Shown piece by piece: positions 1 to 9,984 of a stretch of DNA of 64,000 nt. A program made the position numbers and the translations under genes. Location of the stretch: positions 23,299 through 87,298 of the forward strand of contig CANFLR010000001.1 in assembly GCA_947447945.1 (NCBI GenBank). The letters are read 5' to 3'. Source of the DNA: Burkholderiaceae bacterium (GTDB lineage Bacteria > Pseudomonadota > Gammaproteobacteria > Burkholderiales > Burkholderiaceae). The notes beneath the pieces were generated by a model. The model was not told the origin of the DNA. It did not search any database and saw only the letters and a list, made by a program, of their open reading frames with translations. Positions within the stretch are counted from its first letter, which is position 1, and each line of letters opens with the position of its first letter.

Positions 1-2
1 AT

Positions 3-110
3 TTAAATATTCCCGTCACTTATCTTGATGCACCAGAATTTGATAAGTTTTGGAAGGCGGATGCAGCCAAAATTAGTGAGGTGTTGAAGAAAATCGGCAG
101 AGTGGATTAA
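3..110 (+). CDS. C-terminal fragment of a Bug/TctC tripartite tricarboxylate transporter substrate-binding protein (begins before window)
   Basis: Hand translation LNIPVTYLDAPEFDKFWKADAAKISEVLKKIGRVD* closely matches the C-terminus of the Bug protein at 19336-20310 (SPIQYMDAPEFKVYWDKESAQMVEVVKKIGKVE). Confidence 0.8.
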   Translation, partial: LNIPVTYLDAPEFDKFWKADAAKISEVLKKIGRVD

Positions 111-161
111 GAATGAATGAATTGTGCCAAATTAGGCAATACAACCATAACCTAAGGAGAG

Positions 162-749
162 ATGATGAAAGGTCTGGATATTAGCCCAGCAGAAATGGAG
201 CATAACGTTGCGCGGTTTAAAGATTTATCGCCCAGCAAAAAAAGCTTCAAAGTTGACAATACTGGAATCCCTGGGGAGGCCTATGAGCTGATTGCTGCTC
301 ACAGCGTTTATTCAGTGATGGCTCCAGAGGGGAATACTCGTAAAGCTGCCAAGCCTGGCGTCATTGGAGCCCCTGGCCTTGAAGTAGCGATTGCTGAATG
401 CCCCCAAGGAAATGGCCCCGCACTCCATAATCATCAGCGCACAGTGGAAACTTTTATGTGCTTAAGTGGTAAGTATGAAATTATTTGGGGCAATGATGGT
501 GAGCACAGTGTTGTTTTAGAGCCATTTGATTTGTGCTCTATTCCTCCCGGTGTTTATAGAAGATTTAAAAATATATCAGCGCTGGATGATGCAAAGCTGC
601 TCGTATTAGTACAAGGGAAGGTTGAAGATACTTTCGGCGACGTCGCTTTCGATCCAAAAATCGCTACTGAAGTTGAGCGTCGCTGGGGGGCTAAGGTTGT
701 GGAAAATTTTAAAAATATCGGAATTACTTTTGCCGAAGATAAAGCCTAA
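162..749 (+). CDS. Cupin domain protein
   Basis: Cupin motif 1 GNGPALHNHQRTVETF and motif 2 DLCSIPPGVYRRF; AGGAG RBS (start may be 165). Confidence 0.85.
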   Translation: MMKGLDISPAEMEHNVARFKDLSPSKKSFKVDNTGIPGEAYELIAAHSVYSVMAPEGNTRKAAKPGVIGAPGLEVAIAECPQGNGPALHNHQRTVETFMCLSGKYEIIWGNDGEHSVVLEPFDLCSIPPGVYRRFKNISALDDAKLLVLVQGKVEDTFGDVAFDPKIATEVERRWGAKVVENFKNIGITFAEDKA

Positions 750-793
750 TCTCGCCATTTAGTAGTTGTAGTGAGATATACCACTTTAAAGGA

Positions 794-1777
794 ATGGCAA
801 TAGTGAGTCCAATTAACCAAGATTTATTGGCGCTACAGAAAGAGATGAGCGCTATGGGTTTAGGCGCCCCTGATATTTTCTCAATTTCCTTAGATGCTGC
901 TAGGCAGCAACTAGCAAAACAATATGAATATCTAAACAAGGACCTGCTTGACCAAGTTGAGGTACTCGACTTGGGTATTTGGTACTCGGACCAAGAGGTT
1001 GGCTGCCGTTGTTATTTTCCGGATGGCATTGGAACTTTCCCAAGAAACACCTTGTTAGTGTATATCCATGGAGGAGGGTGGAGCTTCGGCGATCAATATA
1101 CCCATCATGCGATTGCGCAATCGTTTGCCAAAGCAAGTGGCCTGAGTTTGGTATCCATTGGATATTCTTTAGCGCCACAAAAAAAGCATCCCCATCAAAA
1201 TGATGAATGCACTCATGTCCTGCAAGAGCTATTAAAAATGTTTGCAAAGAACTACGGCAGTGAGCTTGATTGCATTTTGATTGGCGACTCTGCAGGAGCC
1301 AATATTGCATTGAGCGCTTATCTCAATCTATTTGATGCTGATCTAAAGCAGAAAGTGCTTGGGCTTGCACTGTTCTATGGCGTATATGATTCTGGTCCGA
1401 TATCGCAATCTTGGCAGGATCTAGGAGGCGGTCAATATGGCCTATCTATTAAATCCATGAATTGGTATTGGGATCAGTTTTTATCGAATCCCGAGGATCG
1501 CTTAACGCCCTTAGCCGCCCCTCTTCATAGTCGTCTCGAGAATTTACCCCCTGTTTGGATTGCTATTGGAGATTTAGATCCGCTGATTGACGAAAATTTG
1601 GCATTGGTTGCAAGGGTCAAAGCAACTGGTGGGAAATGTGACCATCTTATTGTCGAGGGATATACCCACGGTTTTTTGAGGTTTTGCAATCACCTAGAAG
1701 AAGTTAAGGGGCTAATAAATCAGTTTTCTTTGGCCGTTCATTCCATGATCAATGGGATTGATGTAGAGCGCTCTTAA
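794..1777 (+). CDS. Alpha/beta hydrolase, HSL/family IV esterase
   Basis: HGGGW oxyanion motif, GDSAG nucleophile, DPL Asp and HGF His. Confidence 0.9.
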   Translation: MAIVSPINQDLLALQKEMSAMGLGAPDIFSISLDAARQQLAKQYEYLNKDLLDQVEVLDLGIWYSDQEVGCRCYFPDGIGTFPRNTLLVYIHGGGWSFGDQYTHHAIAQSFAKASGLSLVSIGYSLAPQKKHPHQNDECTHVLQELLKMFAKNYGSELDCILIGDSAGANIALSAYLNLFDADLKQKVLGLALFYGVYDSGPISQSWQDLGGGQYGLSIKSMNWYWDQFLSNPEDRLTPLAAPLHSRLENLPPVWIAIGDLDPLIDENLALVARVKATGGKCDHLIVEGYTHGFLRFCNHLEEVKGLINQFSLAVHSMINGIDVERS

Positions 1778-1832
1778 TCGATTTCAATGAGAATTTTTTT
1801 GTACATTTCATAAAAAATATAACGAGATACCA

Positions 1833-2819
1833 ATGCATAAATCTACCCTGATAACTAAAACCCTAAGCTTAGTTCTGTTGGTTTTTATTTCAAGTCTCAG
1901 TCATGCGCAATCATCTACAGATGATTCGAGGACCATGAAAATCATTATCCCTTGGCCTTCAGGGGGTGCAAACGATTTGTTGGGAAGGGATTTCGCTTTT
2001 TTTCTTGGTGAGAGAATCGGTAAAAAAATTGTTATCGACAATAAAGGTGGTGCAAATGGTTTGATAGGAGCGGAAGCAGTTGCGCGCTCGATTCCAGATG
2101 GAAATACGATGATGTTCCATAGTATTTCATCACATGCTACCAATGCAATCCTTGTGCCTAAGTTGCCGTACGACACTTTTAAGGATTTCACACCAATCTC
2201 TCAAATTGCTTCCTTAGATTTGGTATTGGTAGCCCATCCTGGGGTTCCTGTTAAAAATATTTCTGAGCTTATTGCGCTGGATAAAGCCAAACCACATTCT
2301 ATTAGCTATGCTTCATTTGGTAATGGCAGCATGGCACATTTGGCCGGCGAGCTCTTGAATCAAAAATCTGGGATGGATCTTCAGCACGTTCCCTATAAGG
2401 GTGGTGGACCTGCTTTAGCGGACACACTTGCTGGTCATGTTCAGCTTTATTTTGCAGGTATTGATGTAGCCTTGCAGCACATACAATCAGGCGCTTTAGT
2501 GCCTATTGCTGTCACTGGCTCAACTCGCTCATCTTTATTACCAAATGTACCAACAATTGCCGAGACTCCAGGCTTATCAGATTATGAGGCGCGTATTTAT
2601 TACGGCCTTTGGGTTCCTGGGGGAACCCCAGCTAGCACTGTGAATAAGCTCTACCAGCAAACAGCAGTAGTTATCTCCAGTCCAGCATTTAAGAAAAAGA
2701 TTGAATCTGAAGGTTTTATTACTGTGAGCAGTAGCTCGCCTGAAAAAATGGCTGCGACTATAAATTCACAGATGGAAATACTTGGAAAAGTGATCAAACA
2801 GGCAAAAATTTCGCAATGA
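1833..2819 (+). CDS. Bug/TctC family periplasmic substrate-binding protein
   Basis: Signal peptide; PWPSGGANDL, NKGGANG, PDG and HVPYKGGGPA motifs. Confidence 0.92.
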   Translation: MHKSTLITKTLSLVLLVFISSLSHAQSSTDDSRTMKIIIPWPSGGANDLLGRDFAFFLGERIGKKIVIDNKGGANGLIGAEAVARSIPDGNTMMFHSISSHATNAILVPKLPYDTFKDFTPISQIASLDLVLVAHPGVPVKNISELIALDKAKPHSISYASFGNGSMAHLAGELLNQKSGMDLQHVPYKGGGPALADTLAGHVQLYFAGIDVALQHIQSGALVPIAVTGSTRSSLLPNVPTIAETPGLSDYEARIYYGLWVPGGTPASTVNKLYQQTAVVISSPAFKKKIESEGFITVSSSSPEKMAATINSQMEILGKVIKQAKISQ

Positions 2820-2846
2820 ATCATCAGTAGCTTAAAAGGAGAAAAT

Positions 2847-3374
2847 ATGTCAGTGCTACCAGAGGAAATGGAAAAAAATAGAATTGCACGCTGGGGAAAG
2901 GTCGCTCCCTATGGTGAATCTTTTATTGAAAGTCGTATACCCGGCTTTCAAAAAAATCTTTATAAGATTATCAACAAGGGCGTTCTTGAAAATAAAGGGG
3001 TAGAACCTGCGATCAAGGGTGACCATCGTTTTGGCGTCAGCCTAATAGAAGTGATGCCTGGCCAAGGCGCGAACTTGCATGCTCATGACACTGAAGAGGT
3101 TTTCTTTCCTTTAAATGGCAAGATGATTGTTTTTTGGGGTGATAACGCAGAGCACGAAGTCGTCTTGAATCAGTGGGACTGTTTTTCAGTGCCCATTGGA
3201 TTGATGCGAGGCTTTAAAAATCCCAATGACTTTAATTTAGTTGTGTATTCCATCGTTGGTGGCAGAGATGCGGAAGTTGGTCATATCACCTGGCATCCAA
3301 AAGTCTTAGAGCTAGCCGAAGAGACGGGGCTAACTTTTGGTAATGATGGATTTTTAAAAGATAAACAATCTTAA
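2847..3374 (+). CDS. Cupin domain protein (paralog of 162-749)
   Basis: GQGANLHAHDTEEVF and WGDNAEHEVVL..DCFSVPIGLMRGF; AGGAG RBS. Confidence 0.85.
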   Translation: MSVLPEEMEKNRIARWGKVAPYGESFIESRIPGFQKNLYKIINKGVLENKGVEPAIKGDHRFGVSLIEVMPGQGANLHAHDTEEVFFPLNGKMIVFWGDNAEHEVVLNQWDCFSVPIGLMRGFKNPNDFNLVVYSIVGGRDAEVGHITWHPKVLELAEETGLTFGNDGFLKDKQS

Positions 3375-3391
3375 TTGGGGTATTAATCAAA

Positions 3392-4354
3392 ATGACTTAT
3401 CTTTCTAGATTACTAGCTTTAGGCTTGCTCCTTTTTGTCTTTGGCGCAAATTTGCAGGCGCAAACTTATCCCAATAGACCTATTAAAATGGTGATAGGTT
3501 ATCCACCGGGTGCTGCTACGGATTTGTTTGGCAGAGCTATTGCTAAGCAAATGCAAGATAGCTTGGGACAAGCGATTATTGTTGAAAATAAAGTTGGCGC
3601 TGCAGGAACCGTTGCTGCGGAAGCGGTCGTTAGATCTGCTCCTGATGGATATACCCTGTTAAATAGCGCTTCACAAATTGTCATAAATCCATTTGTTCAA
3701 AAGCTGCCATTTAATACCGAAAAAGAACTTATCCCAGTAGCTCAAACAATTACGGTTTCCTATGTGTTGATTGCTAGCCCTAATTTTTCTGCGAATAGCG
3801 TTGCCGATCTCGTTGAATACGCCCAAAAAAATCCTGGAAAAATTAATTATGGATCCTACGGAAGTGGTTCTGGGCCACATTTGAGTATGGCTATGCTAGA
3901 AAAGGTTGCAGGAGTTAAGATGCAACATATTCAATATCGTGGCTCTCCACAGCTATTGACTGCGCTGATGGCCGGAGAAATTGATGTGGCGTTTGATACG
4001 ACTACTTCGACATTAGCACTCATTCAGGCTGGCAAAATCAAGCCATTGGCAATCGGTGGTCCAAAGCCATCCGAGTTGTTACCAAACGTCCTGCCCGTTG
4101 CTAAATCTTATCCAGGATTTGATTCTGATGGCTGGCAGGGAATTTTCCTTCCAGCAAATACTCCTGGTGAGTTGGTTAAAAAGCTCAATCTAGAGGTAAA
4201 TAATGCTTTAAAAAGCCCAACATTAAAGTCCTTGGCTGAAAGCAGAGGCGTCAAAATTACGGGCGGTAGCAGCGAGCAATTTAGCGCAATTATGAAACAA
4301 GAATTAAAGAAATATGAGCAGGTAATTACTGAAAATAATATTAAGATGGACTGA
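3392..4354 (+). CDS. Bug/TctC family periplasmic substrate-binding protein
   Basis: YPNRPIKMVIGYPPGAATD, APDGYTLL, YGSYGSGS and HIQYRGS motifs. Confidence 0.92.
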   Translation: MTYLSRLLALGLLLFVFGANLQAQTYPNRPIKMVIGYPPGAATDLFGRAIAKQMQDSLGQAIIVENKVGAAGTVAAEAVVRSAPDGYTLLNSASQIVINPFVQKLPFNTEKELIPVAQTITVSYVLIASPNFSANSVADLVEYAQKNPGKINYGSYGSGSGPHLSMAMLEKVAGVKMQHIQYRGSPQLLTALMAGEIDVAFDTTTSTLALIQAGKIKPLAIGGPKPSELLPNVLPVAKSYPGFDSDGWQGIFLPANTPGELVKKLNLEVNNALKSPTLKSLAESRGVKITGGSSEQFSAIMKQELKKYEQVITENNIKMD

Positions 4355-4534
4355 GGTTTTTGTAGGCATGAAGATAAAAAAATAGTCTTTTATGGGGTTC
4401 GTTAGGCTGATTTCTCTTGTTTTAGATTGAGTTTCTAAGAGTTATCCCTGATCCGACCCCTTAAATTTTGACGTTTTTATGGCTATATACTGATTTTGCT
4501 TTTGTAATTGAACATTAAATCATGAGGAGACAAG

Positions 4535-4723
4535 ATGTCACAACACGATACATTGCTAGCTGCTTTTGAGACGTATAAGGCAGAGAATGAAAAGTTTATT
4601 GAAAAAGGTATTAAGGCATCCGCTGCTCGTGCCCGTAAAGCATTGCAAGAGATTGCTGGTGCATGCAAGGAGCGCCGTAAAGAAATTACTGCTACCAAAG
4701 AGGCCATGGAAGCTAAGAAGTAA
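4535..4723 (+). CDS. Small basic helical protein, histone H1-like (Hc1-type) nucleoid-associated protein
   Basis: Strong GAGGAG RBS, downstream terminator; EKGIKASAARARKAL.EI...KERRK resembles Hc1-family small proteins. Confidence 0.7.
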   Translation: MSQHDTLLAAFETYKAENEKFIEKGIKASAARARKALQEIAGACKERRKEITATKEAMEAKK

Positions 4724-4740
4724 ATTCCTTTTGCATTCTG

Positions 4741-4774
4741 AAAAGCCTAGCTCCGTAATGGACTGGGCTTTTTT
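4741..4774 (+). terminator. Rho-independent terminator
   Basis: AAAAGCCTAG-C-TCC GTAAT GGA-CTGGGCTTTT plus T run after the small ORF. Confidence 0.75.
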
Positions 4775-4845
4775 ATATCCGCTGATTTGGATTAAGGCAA
4801 AGTCAGCTCTTGCAAAGCTCATGAGCGGAAGAGCGAACGGACATC

Positions 4846-5916
4846 CTAGCGAGATATCACAAGTGGTTTATCTAGTTTTGTGCTGATTTGACCAATTACG
4901 CTAGCGTCTGAGAAGTTGTGGCGCTTAAAGATATCCAGTACTTTTTGTACGGTATCTTCGCTGCAAGCAACCAGTAGGCCGCCACTGGTTTGTGGATCGG
5001 TTAATAGGGCTTGTTGTGCTTTGCTAAAAGATGCTGGTAAAGCAACATCACTACCATAGCTTTGCCAATTACGATCAGAGGCCCCGGTGACGATCTCTTG
5101 CTCAGCCAGTTCTTGTACTTGAGAAAGTAAAGGGACTTGACTCCAGTTAATCTGTGCAGTGCAATCAGAGCCACGGGCAAGCTCAAGCACATGTCCTGCC
5201 AAGCCAAATCCTGTGATATCGGTTAGGGCGTGCACTCCAGGAAGTTTGGCTAGGTCGGGGCCGGCAGAATTGAGTTTGGTGGTATTGATGATCATTTCTT
5301 GATAGCCCTGCGCACTGAGAAGATCCTTCTTTAATGCTGCCGAAAGAATACCAACCCCAATCGGTTTTCCCAGAATTAAGATATCACCAGGTTTCGCTGC
5401 GGCATTACTTTTAACTTGTCTTGGGTCAACGATCCCGATTGCCACTAAGCCGTAGATAGGTTCTACAGAATCAATGGTGTGACCACCGGCGATGGGTATG
5501 CCAGCGCTACGACAGGCTTCTGCACCACCCTCCAAAATGCGGGCGATAGTCCTGTTGGATAAGACCTTAATAGGCATGCCCACAAGGGCTAGTGCAAAGA
5601 GGGGTGTAGCGCCCATTGCGTAGATATCGCTGATGGCATTGGTGGCTGCAATTTTGCCAAAATCAAATGGGTCATCCACAATTGGCATAAAAAAATCAGT
5701 GGTGGCAACAATGGCCTGTGATTCATTGATTTGATAGACCGCCGCATCATCGGAGGTTTCAATGCCGATCAGTAGCTCCTTGGGAAAAGGTAATTGCGGC
5801 ACCCCCTTAAGAATCTCCGAGAGAACTCCTGGAGCGATTTTGCAGCCACAACCACCCCCATGGGACAGTGACGTGAGGCGTGGTTCTGAAGTGGCTGAGG
5901 AATTGGTTTGGTTCAT
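4846..5916 (-). CDS. selD: Selenide, water dikinase (selenophosphate synthetase), Cys-type
   Basis: HGGGCGCK, SDDAAVY, TTDFFMP, GGHTI, DITGFGL and DPQTSGGLL motifs. Confidence 0.96.
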   Translation of the reverse strand: MNQTNSSATSEPRLTSLSHGGGCGCKIAPGVLSEILKGVPQLPFPKELLIGIETSDDAAVYQINESQAIVATTDFFMPIVDDPFDFGKIAATNAISDIYAMGATPLFALALVGMPIKVLSNRTIARILEGGAEACRSAGIPIAGGHTIDSVEPIYGLVAIGIVDPRQVKSNAAAKPGDILILGKPIGVGILSAALKKDLLSAQGYQEMIINTTKLNSAGPDLAKLPGVHALTDITGFGLAGHVLELARGSDCTAQINWSQVPLLSQVQELAEQEIVTGASDRNWQSYGSDVALPASFSKAQQALLTDPQTSGGLLVACSEDTVQKVLDIFKRHNFSDASVIGQISTKLDKPLVISR

Positions 5917-5958
5917 ATCACCTCTTATGAGAGCATTCAGTTGCAGTAAATGGGTCTA

Positions 5959-6510
5959 TTATTGACGTAGTAAGACTTCGATTTTGCTACTCACTTCAGC
6001 GCTATCGGCATTATCAATGGCACCAATCCAAACGCCCTCTATTTTTCCCTGCTTATTGAGTAGATAGCTCGTCGGTATGCCGCGCGCTTTCCAAGTTTTA
6101 TAAATAATACTATTGCGATCTTGCAAGATTTCAATACTATTTTCAGAAATACCATTACCCTTTAAAAATTGGGCAATACGGGGCTTCATCTCCGCTAAGT
6201 TGAGTGCCAATACTTTGAGACCCTGAGGGCCATACTTTTCCTGCAAGTGAGTTAGCTCAGTAAATTCTTCTCTACAAGGCTCACACCAGCTGGCCCAAAA
6301 ATTCACAATGACGACCTTGCCTTTGTAGGTATTGATGTTGACCGATACATCAGCCAAATTATTTAGTTGTAGTGGGGGTGCCTGACTCAAGCCAACTTGG
6401 CTAATAGGGCGCCATTGCGCAAAAGCAGAACCCGCCGTAAGACTAAGGCAAGTAAAAAACAGTGGGAGGATGATCTCTCTCGCTAGCCCTCTTCTTATTG
6501 GGTCTATCAC
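5959..6510 (-). CDS. TlpA-family periplasmic thioredoxin-like disulfide reductase
   Basis: NFWASWCEPC motif, GIPTSY cis-Pro loop, N-terminal export signal. Confidence 0.88.
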   Translation of the reverse strand: MIDPIRRGLAREIILPLFFTCLSLTAGSAFAQWRPISQVGLSQAPPLQLNNLADVSVNINTYKGKVVIVNFWASWCEPCREEFTELTHLQEKYGPQGLKVLALNLAEMKPRIAQFLKGNGISENSIEILQDRNSIIYKTWKARGIPTSYLLNKQGKIEGVWIGAIDNADSAEVSSKIEVLLRQ

Positions 6511-6532
6511 TCTGAATTCCTATAGGCCTAAA

Positions 6533-7642
6533 CTAGCCAATCAGTCGGCTGGTAATTTTGTATTTAAAGTTATCGGGATCCAGTGAGTCATAGCGACCCT
6601 CTTTGCTCTCAGCTTGCGGATACATAAGGAAGGGAATATCACCATTCTTACCTAGCTTAGAGCCAGGCAGCGCAATATCATGATCGTAGTTGTAGGCTAA
6701 CCAATTCATTTCCCAGTTACCAAATAAATAATCGCGGATTGCCAATACCTTCGGATCATTCACGGGTAGACCACCAGTTTCTTCCAGGATAACTTTACGA
6801 ACATCTGCAGGGTCGACGGGAACCCAGCCATAGCCATTCGCATAAAACTCAGCGCGGCAATGTTGCGCTTTGGTAATATCGCTCGACTTGCCAAGACTCT
6901 TATAGCCGCGAGCGGAGTCAGCAATTCGAATTCCGTAAACATCGCGAGCGGCAACGCCTACTGAGCGAGCTAAGGCAACAAAGACGGCGTTGATATCGGC
7001 GCATTTGCCACCAAGATTATTAGTTTCAAGCATTAGCTTGACATCGCCCTGACCGCAACCGCGCGTTTTTGGGTCGCGATGGGTATTGTCTACTACCCAG
7101 TTATAAATCGCCTTAGCTTTTTCAAGATCACTTGCATTGGCAGGCAGGCTTGAAATACATTCTAACGCCTTAGCCTTCACTAGACCATCGGTTGGCAAAT
7201 AGACGGTAGCCCGTGTCCAGAATTTTTGTTCCTCTTTCGATAACTTGAGGGCTGGATTTGGGTTTGAGAATTCAAGATGGCGATTACGAGTGCTCACCAG
7301 CATTGAGATCTTTACTGAGTGATCAGTTTCTGCTTTGTCCCATTTTGTCCAAAGCATGCGTGCTTGCTTATCGGGTGTCTCATAGATTTTGCTTGCAGAT
7401 TTTGAATCACTAGCTTCTAGCCTAATGGCAAGTGTCTTAAAGTAGTCAGTATTTAAAACCAAAGACAAGGGGATCCAAGCTTCTGCTGCCCCGTTGGCAT
7501 TTGTCAGATTGACCTCAGTGACTATTTCATAGCTTGTCCACTCTGATGAAGTTTGCGCGAAAACAGACGCGATTGGGTTAAATGCTGGTAATGCAAATGC
7601 GCTGGCAATGGTTTTGATGGCTGAGCGACGAGTAATGGTCAT
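6533..7642 (-). CDS. Tat-exported transglutaminase-like cysteine protease-fold protein
   Basis: TRRSAIK twin-arginine signal; catalytic triad GGKCAD / QHCRAEF / VPVDPAD. Confidence 0.85.
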   Translation of the reverse strand: MTITRRSAIKTIASAFALPAFNPIASVFAQTSSEWTSYEIVTEVNLTNANGAAEAWIPLSLVLNTDYFKTLAIRLEASDSKSASKIYETPDKQARMLWTKWDKAETDHSVKISMLVSTRNRHLEFSNPNPALKLSKEEQKFWTRATVYLPTDGLVKAKALECISSLPANASDLEKAKAIYNWVVDNTHRDPKTRGCGQGDVKLMLETNNLGGKCADINAVFVALARSVGVAARDVYGIRIADSARGYKSLGKSSDITKAQHCRAEFYANGYGWVPVDPADVRKVILEETGGLPVNDPKVLAIRDYLFGNWEMNWLAYNYDHDIALPGSKLGKNGDIPFLMYPQAESKEGRYDSLDPDNFKYKITSRLIG

Positions 7643-7705
7643 AGGATCTCTTCTAGTAAGTAAGCTGGTATTAAAAGAATTTCACGGAAGAATTTTAGTG
7701 GTTTT

Positions 7706-8986
7706 TTAGCGGTTAAAGCTTCTTTTGGATGGAGCAGAGCGTTTCACTGCGGGCTTGCCTGCGGCACCTGCATTTCCAGCCTGTCTAGGCTTTCTGGCTT
7801 GTTGATGTTGCTGACTACGCAATTGAATGGGTTGGGCTACCGCATGAGGATCGGGCTCGAATCCAGCAATGATTTCTTGCGGAAGTTTTTGCTTAATCAG
7901 TTTTTCGATATCTCTTAACATTTGATGCTCATCTACGCAGACTAAAGAGATCGCCACACCATTTGAACCAGCTCTGCCGGTGCGACCAATGCGATGAACA
8001 TAGTCTTCCGAAACATTCGGTAAGTCATAATTTACAACGTGAGGGAGTTGGTCAATATCGATACCTCGTGCAGCAATATCGGTTGCAACGAGAACGGCAA
8101 TTTTTCCAGCTTTGAAATCCGCCAGCGCCTTAGTGCGCGCACTTTGGCTTTTATTACCATGGATTGCCATACTGGTAATACCATCCTTCTCTAATTGCGT
8201 AACTAGCTTGTTGGCGCCATGCTTGGTGCGAGTAAAGACTAAGACTTGTTGCCAACCATTACTTTTGATAAGGTGCGCTAATAGCGGGTGCTTTTGGGTT
8301 CTATCTACAGGGTGAATCAGCTGCGCAATCGCTTCGTTGGCGCTGTTACTGCGAGCCACTTCAATCAGGGCAGGAGAGTTCAGAAGGCTATCGGCTAGTG
8401 TTTTAATTTCTGTAGAAAATGTTGCGGAGAACAGAAGGTTCTGACGTTGTTTTGGTAGTGCTGCCAAGATCTTTTTGATATCGCGTAAGAAGCCCATATC
8501 TAGCATGCGATCAGCCTCATCCAACACCAGAATCTCAATGGCATTTAGCGATACGCAGTTTTGTGACATTAAGTCCAAAAGACGCCCTGGTGTAGCAACC
8601 AATATATCTAAGCCCCCCTGAATGGCTTTGATTTGAGGATTTGCTCCCACGCCACCAAAGATGACCGTGGATTTAAGCCCAGTATATTTTCCGTAAGTGG
8701 TAACGGATTCTTGAACCTGCGCCGCTAACTCACGAGTTGGAGTCAAAATTAACACCTTGAGTTGGCGTTTCCCTGCGCTAGGTTTGCTGTTGCTAATTAA
8801 GCGTTGCAGGATGGGCAGGGTAAAGCCAGCGGTTTTGCCCGTGCCGGTTTGCGCAGCGGCAAGCAAATCTCCTCCTTTGAGGACTGCAGGTATCGATTTT
8901 GCTTGAATAGGGGTCGGGCTGGTATAGCCATGCTCCTGAATGGCACGCAGGATGGAGTCAGATAAACCGAGTTCAGTGAATAACAT
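7706..8986 (-). CDS. rhlE: DEAD-box ATP-dependent RNA helicase, RhlE-like
   Basis: [26 protein letters not shown] and [10 protein letters not shown] motifs; ATG at 8986 preferred over the ORF-track start 8995. Confidence 0.9.
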   Translation of the reverse strand: MLFTELGLSDSILRAIQEHGYTSPTPIQAKSIPAVLKGGDLLAAAQTGTGKTAGFTLPILQRLISNSKPSAGKRQLKVLILTPTRELAAQVQESVTTYGKYTGLKSTVIFGGVGANPQIKAIQGGLDILVATPGRLLDLMSQNCVSLNAIEILVLDEADRMLDMGFLRDIKKILAALPKQRQNLLFSATFSTEIKTLADSLLNSPALIEVARSNSANEAIAQLIHPVDRTQKHPLLAHLIKSNGWQQVLVFTRTKHGANKLVTQLEKDGITSMAIHGNKSQSARTKALADFKAGKIAVLVATDIAARGIDIDQLPHVVNYDLPNVSEDYVHRIGRTGRAGSNGVAISLVCVDEHQMLRDIEKLIKQKLPQEIIAGFEPDPHAVAQPIQLRSQQHQQARKPRQAGNAGAAGKPAVKRSAPSKRSFNR

Positions 8987-9105
8987 AAGGACCAATGAAA
9001 AATTGACCCGTATTCAATAAAAAGACTGTCCCGGCCAATGGGGTGAGCTGCCACACTAAGATGTTTGCAGTAAGAGGGCTTATTTTAAGCTATTGCAAGC
9101 GATAT

Positions 9106-9537
9106 TCACTCAGATAAGGGAAATAGCCAGTCAGGCAGCCCTTTGGGCTTAATGGTGGTGGTGTCTACACAGACAATGTGAATCAGTACGCTAGCAATGA
9201 ATTCTTCCGCTTGGTTTAGATTATCTGGGTTCACACGCCTAGCAGTTTGCTTGACTGTAACCTGAGTGCGGCCACGATGCTCTATCTCTTGATCAATACT
9301 GAGTAGGTCATCGAGTCGACCCGGTTTATGAAAATGCATAGTGAGCTCGCGAATGGGTAGCAGGATGCCGAAGTCATGGGCAAGCTTTGCTGGGGAATGC
9401 CCCATCTGATGGAGCCACTCCGTGCGGCTGCGTTCAAATATCTCGAGATAGCGAGCATGATGAACAAAGCCAGCGGCATCGGTATCGGCGTAACACACTC
9501 GGAATAAGTATGGGGTTAGTGTTGGGGATGACGGCAT
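9106..9537 (-). CDS. YbgC/FadM family acyl-CoA thioesterase
   Basis: RVCYADTDAAGFVHHARYL hotdog-fold motif. Confidence 0.88.
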   Translation of the reverse strand: MPSSPTLTPYLFRVCYADTDAAGFVHHARYLEIFERSRTEWLHQMGHSPAKLAHDFGILLPIRELTMHFHKPGRLDDLLSIDQEIEHRGRTQVTVKQTARRVNPDNLNQAEEFIASVLIHIVCVDTTTIKPKGLPDWLFPLSE

Positions 9538-9543
9538 CAGATC

Positions 9544-9984
9544 TCAATCATTTATTTTTGATAGCAGAATCATATTACGGTGCGGTATTCCTGCTTCGTC
9601 ATAGACCTCACCGTGGGGTATAAAGCCCAATTTTTCATAAAAAGAAATGGCGCTAACTTGGGCGTGTAGCTCGAATTCGACTATCCCTCGGGATTTTCCA
9701 AGAAGAATCAGGGCCCTCAGTAACTGGCGACCCACCCCTTTTTGACGGAATTCTCTCAGAACAGCCATTCGCCCAATTTGAGCGCGCCCATCTGACCGCA
9801 AAATCAATCTCGCAGTGCCTACACATTGATTTTGTATATAAGCGAGAGCATGGTCTGCAGATGAATCAAACTCATCAAGCTCCAACTCCTCTGGGACGCC
9901 TTGCTCTTGAACAAATACCTGCATTCGTATGATAAGGGCCTCTGATATAGCTTGAGACCAGGGTTTAATCGTAATTATGAACAT
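9544..9984 (-). CDS. GNAT family N-acetyltransferase (ElaA-like)
   Basis: R..VFVQEQGVP, IGRMAV, RQKGVG, HAQ..A..FYEKLGF and EAGIPH motifs. Confidence 0.9.
   Translation of the reverse strand: MFIITIKPWSQAISEALIIRMQVFVQEQGVPEELELDEFDSSADHALAYIQNQCVGTARLILRSDGRAQIGRMAVLREFRQKGVGRQLLRALILLGKSRGIVEFELHAQVSAISFYEKLGFIPHGEVYDEAGIPHRNMILLSKIND

Noticed and set aside
4468-4491. TTGACG...TATACT as a sigma70 promoter for the Hc1-like gene
   Set aside because: The spacer is only 12 bp, so the two hexamers cannot pair; the -10 alone may still be real
5840-5860. Possible selenocysteine (UGA) in the SelD active site
   Set aside because: The motif reads GGGCGCK with ordinary Cys codons and the ORF is uninterrupted
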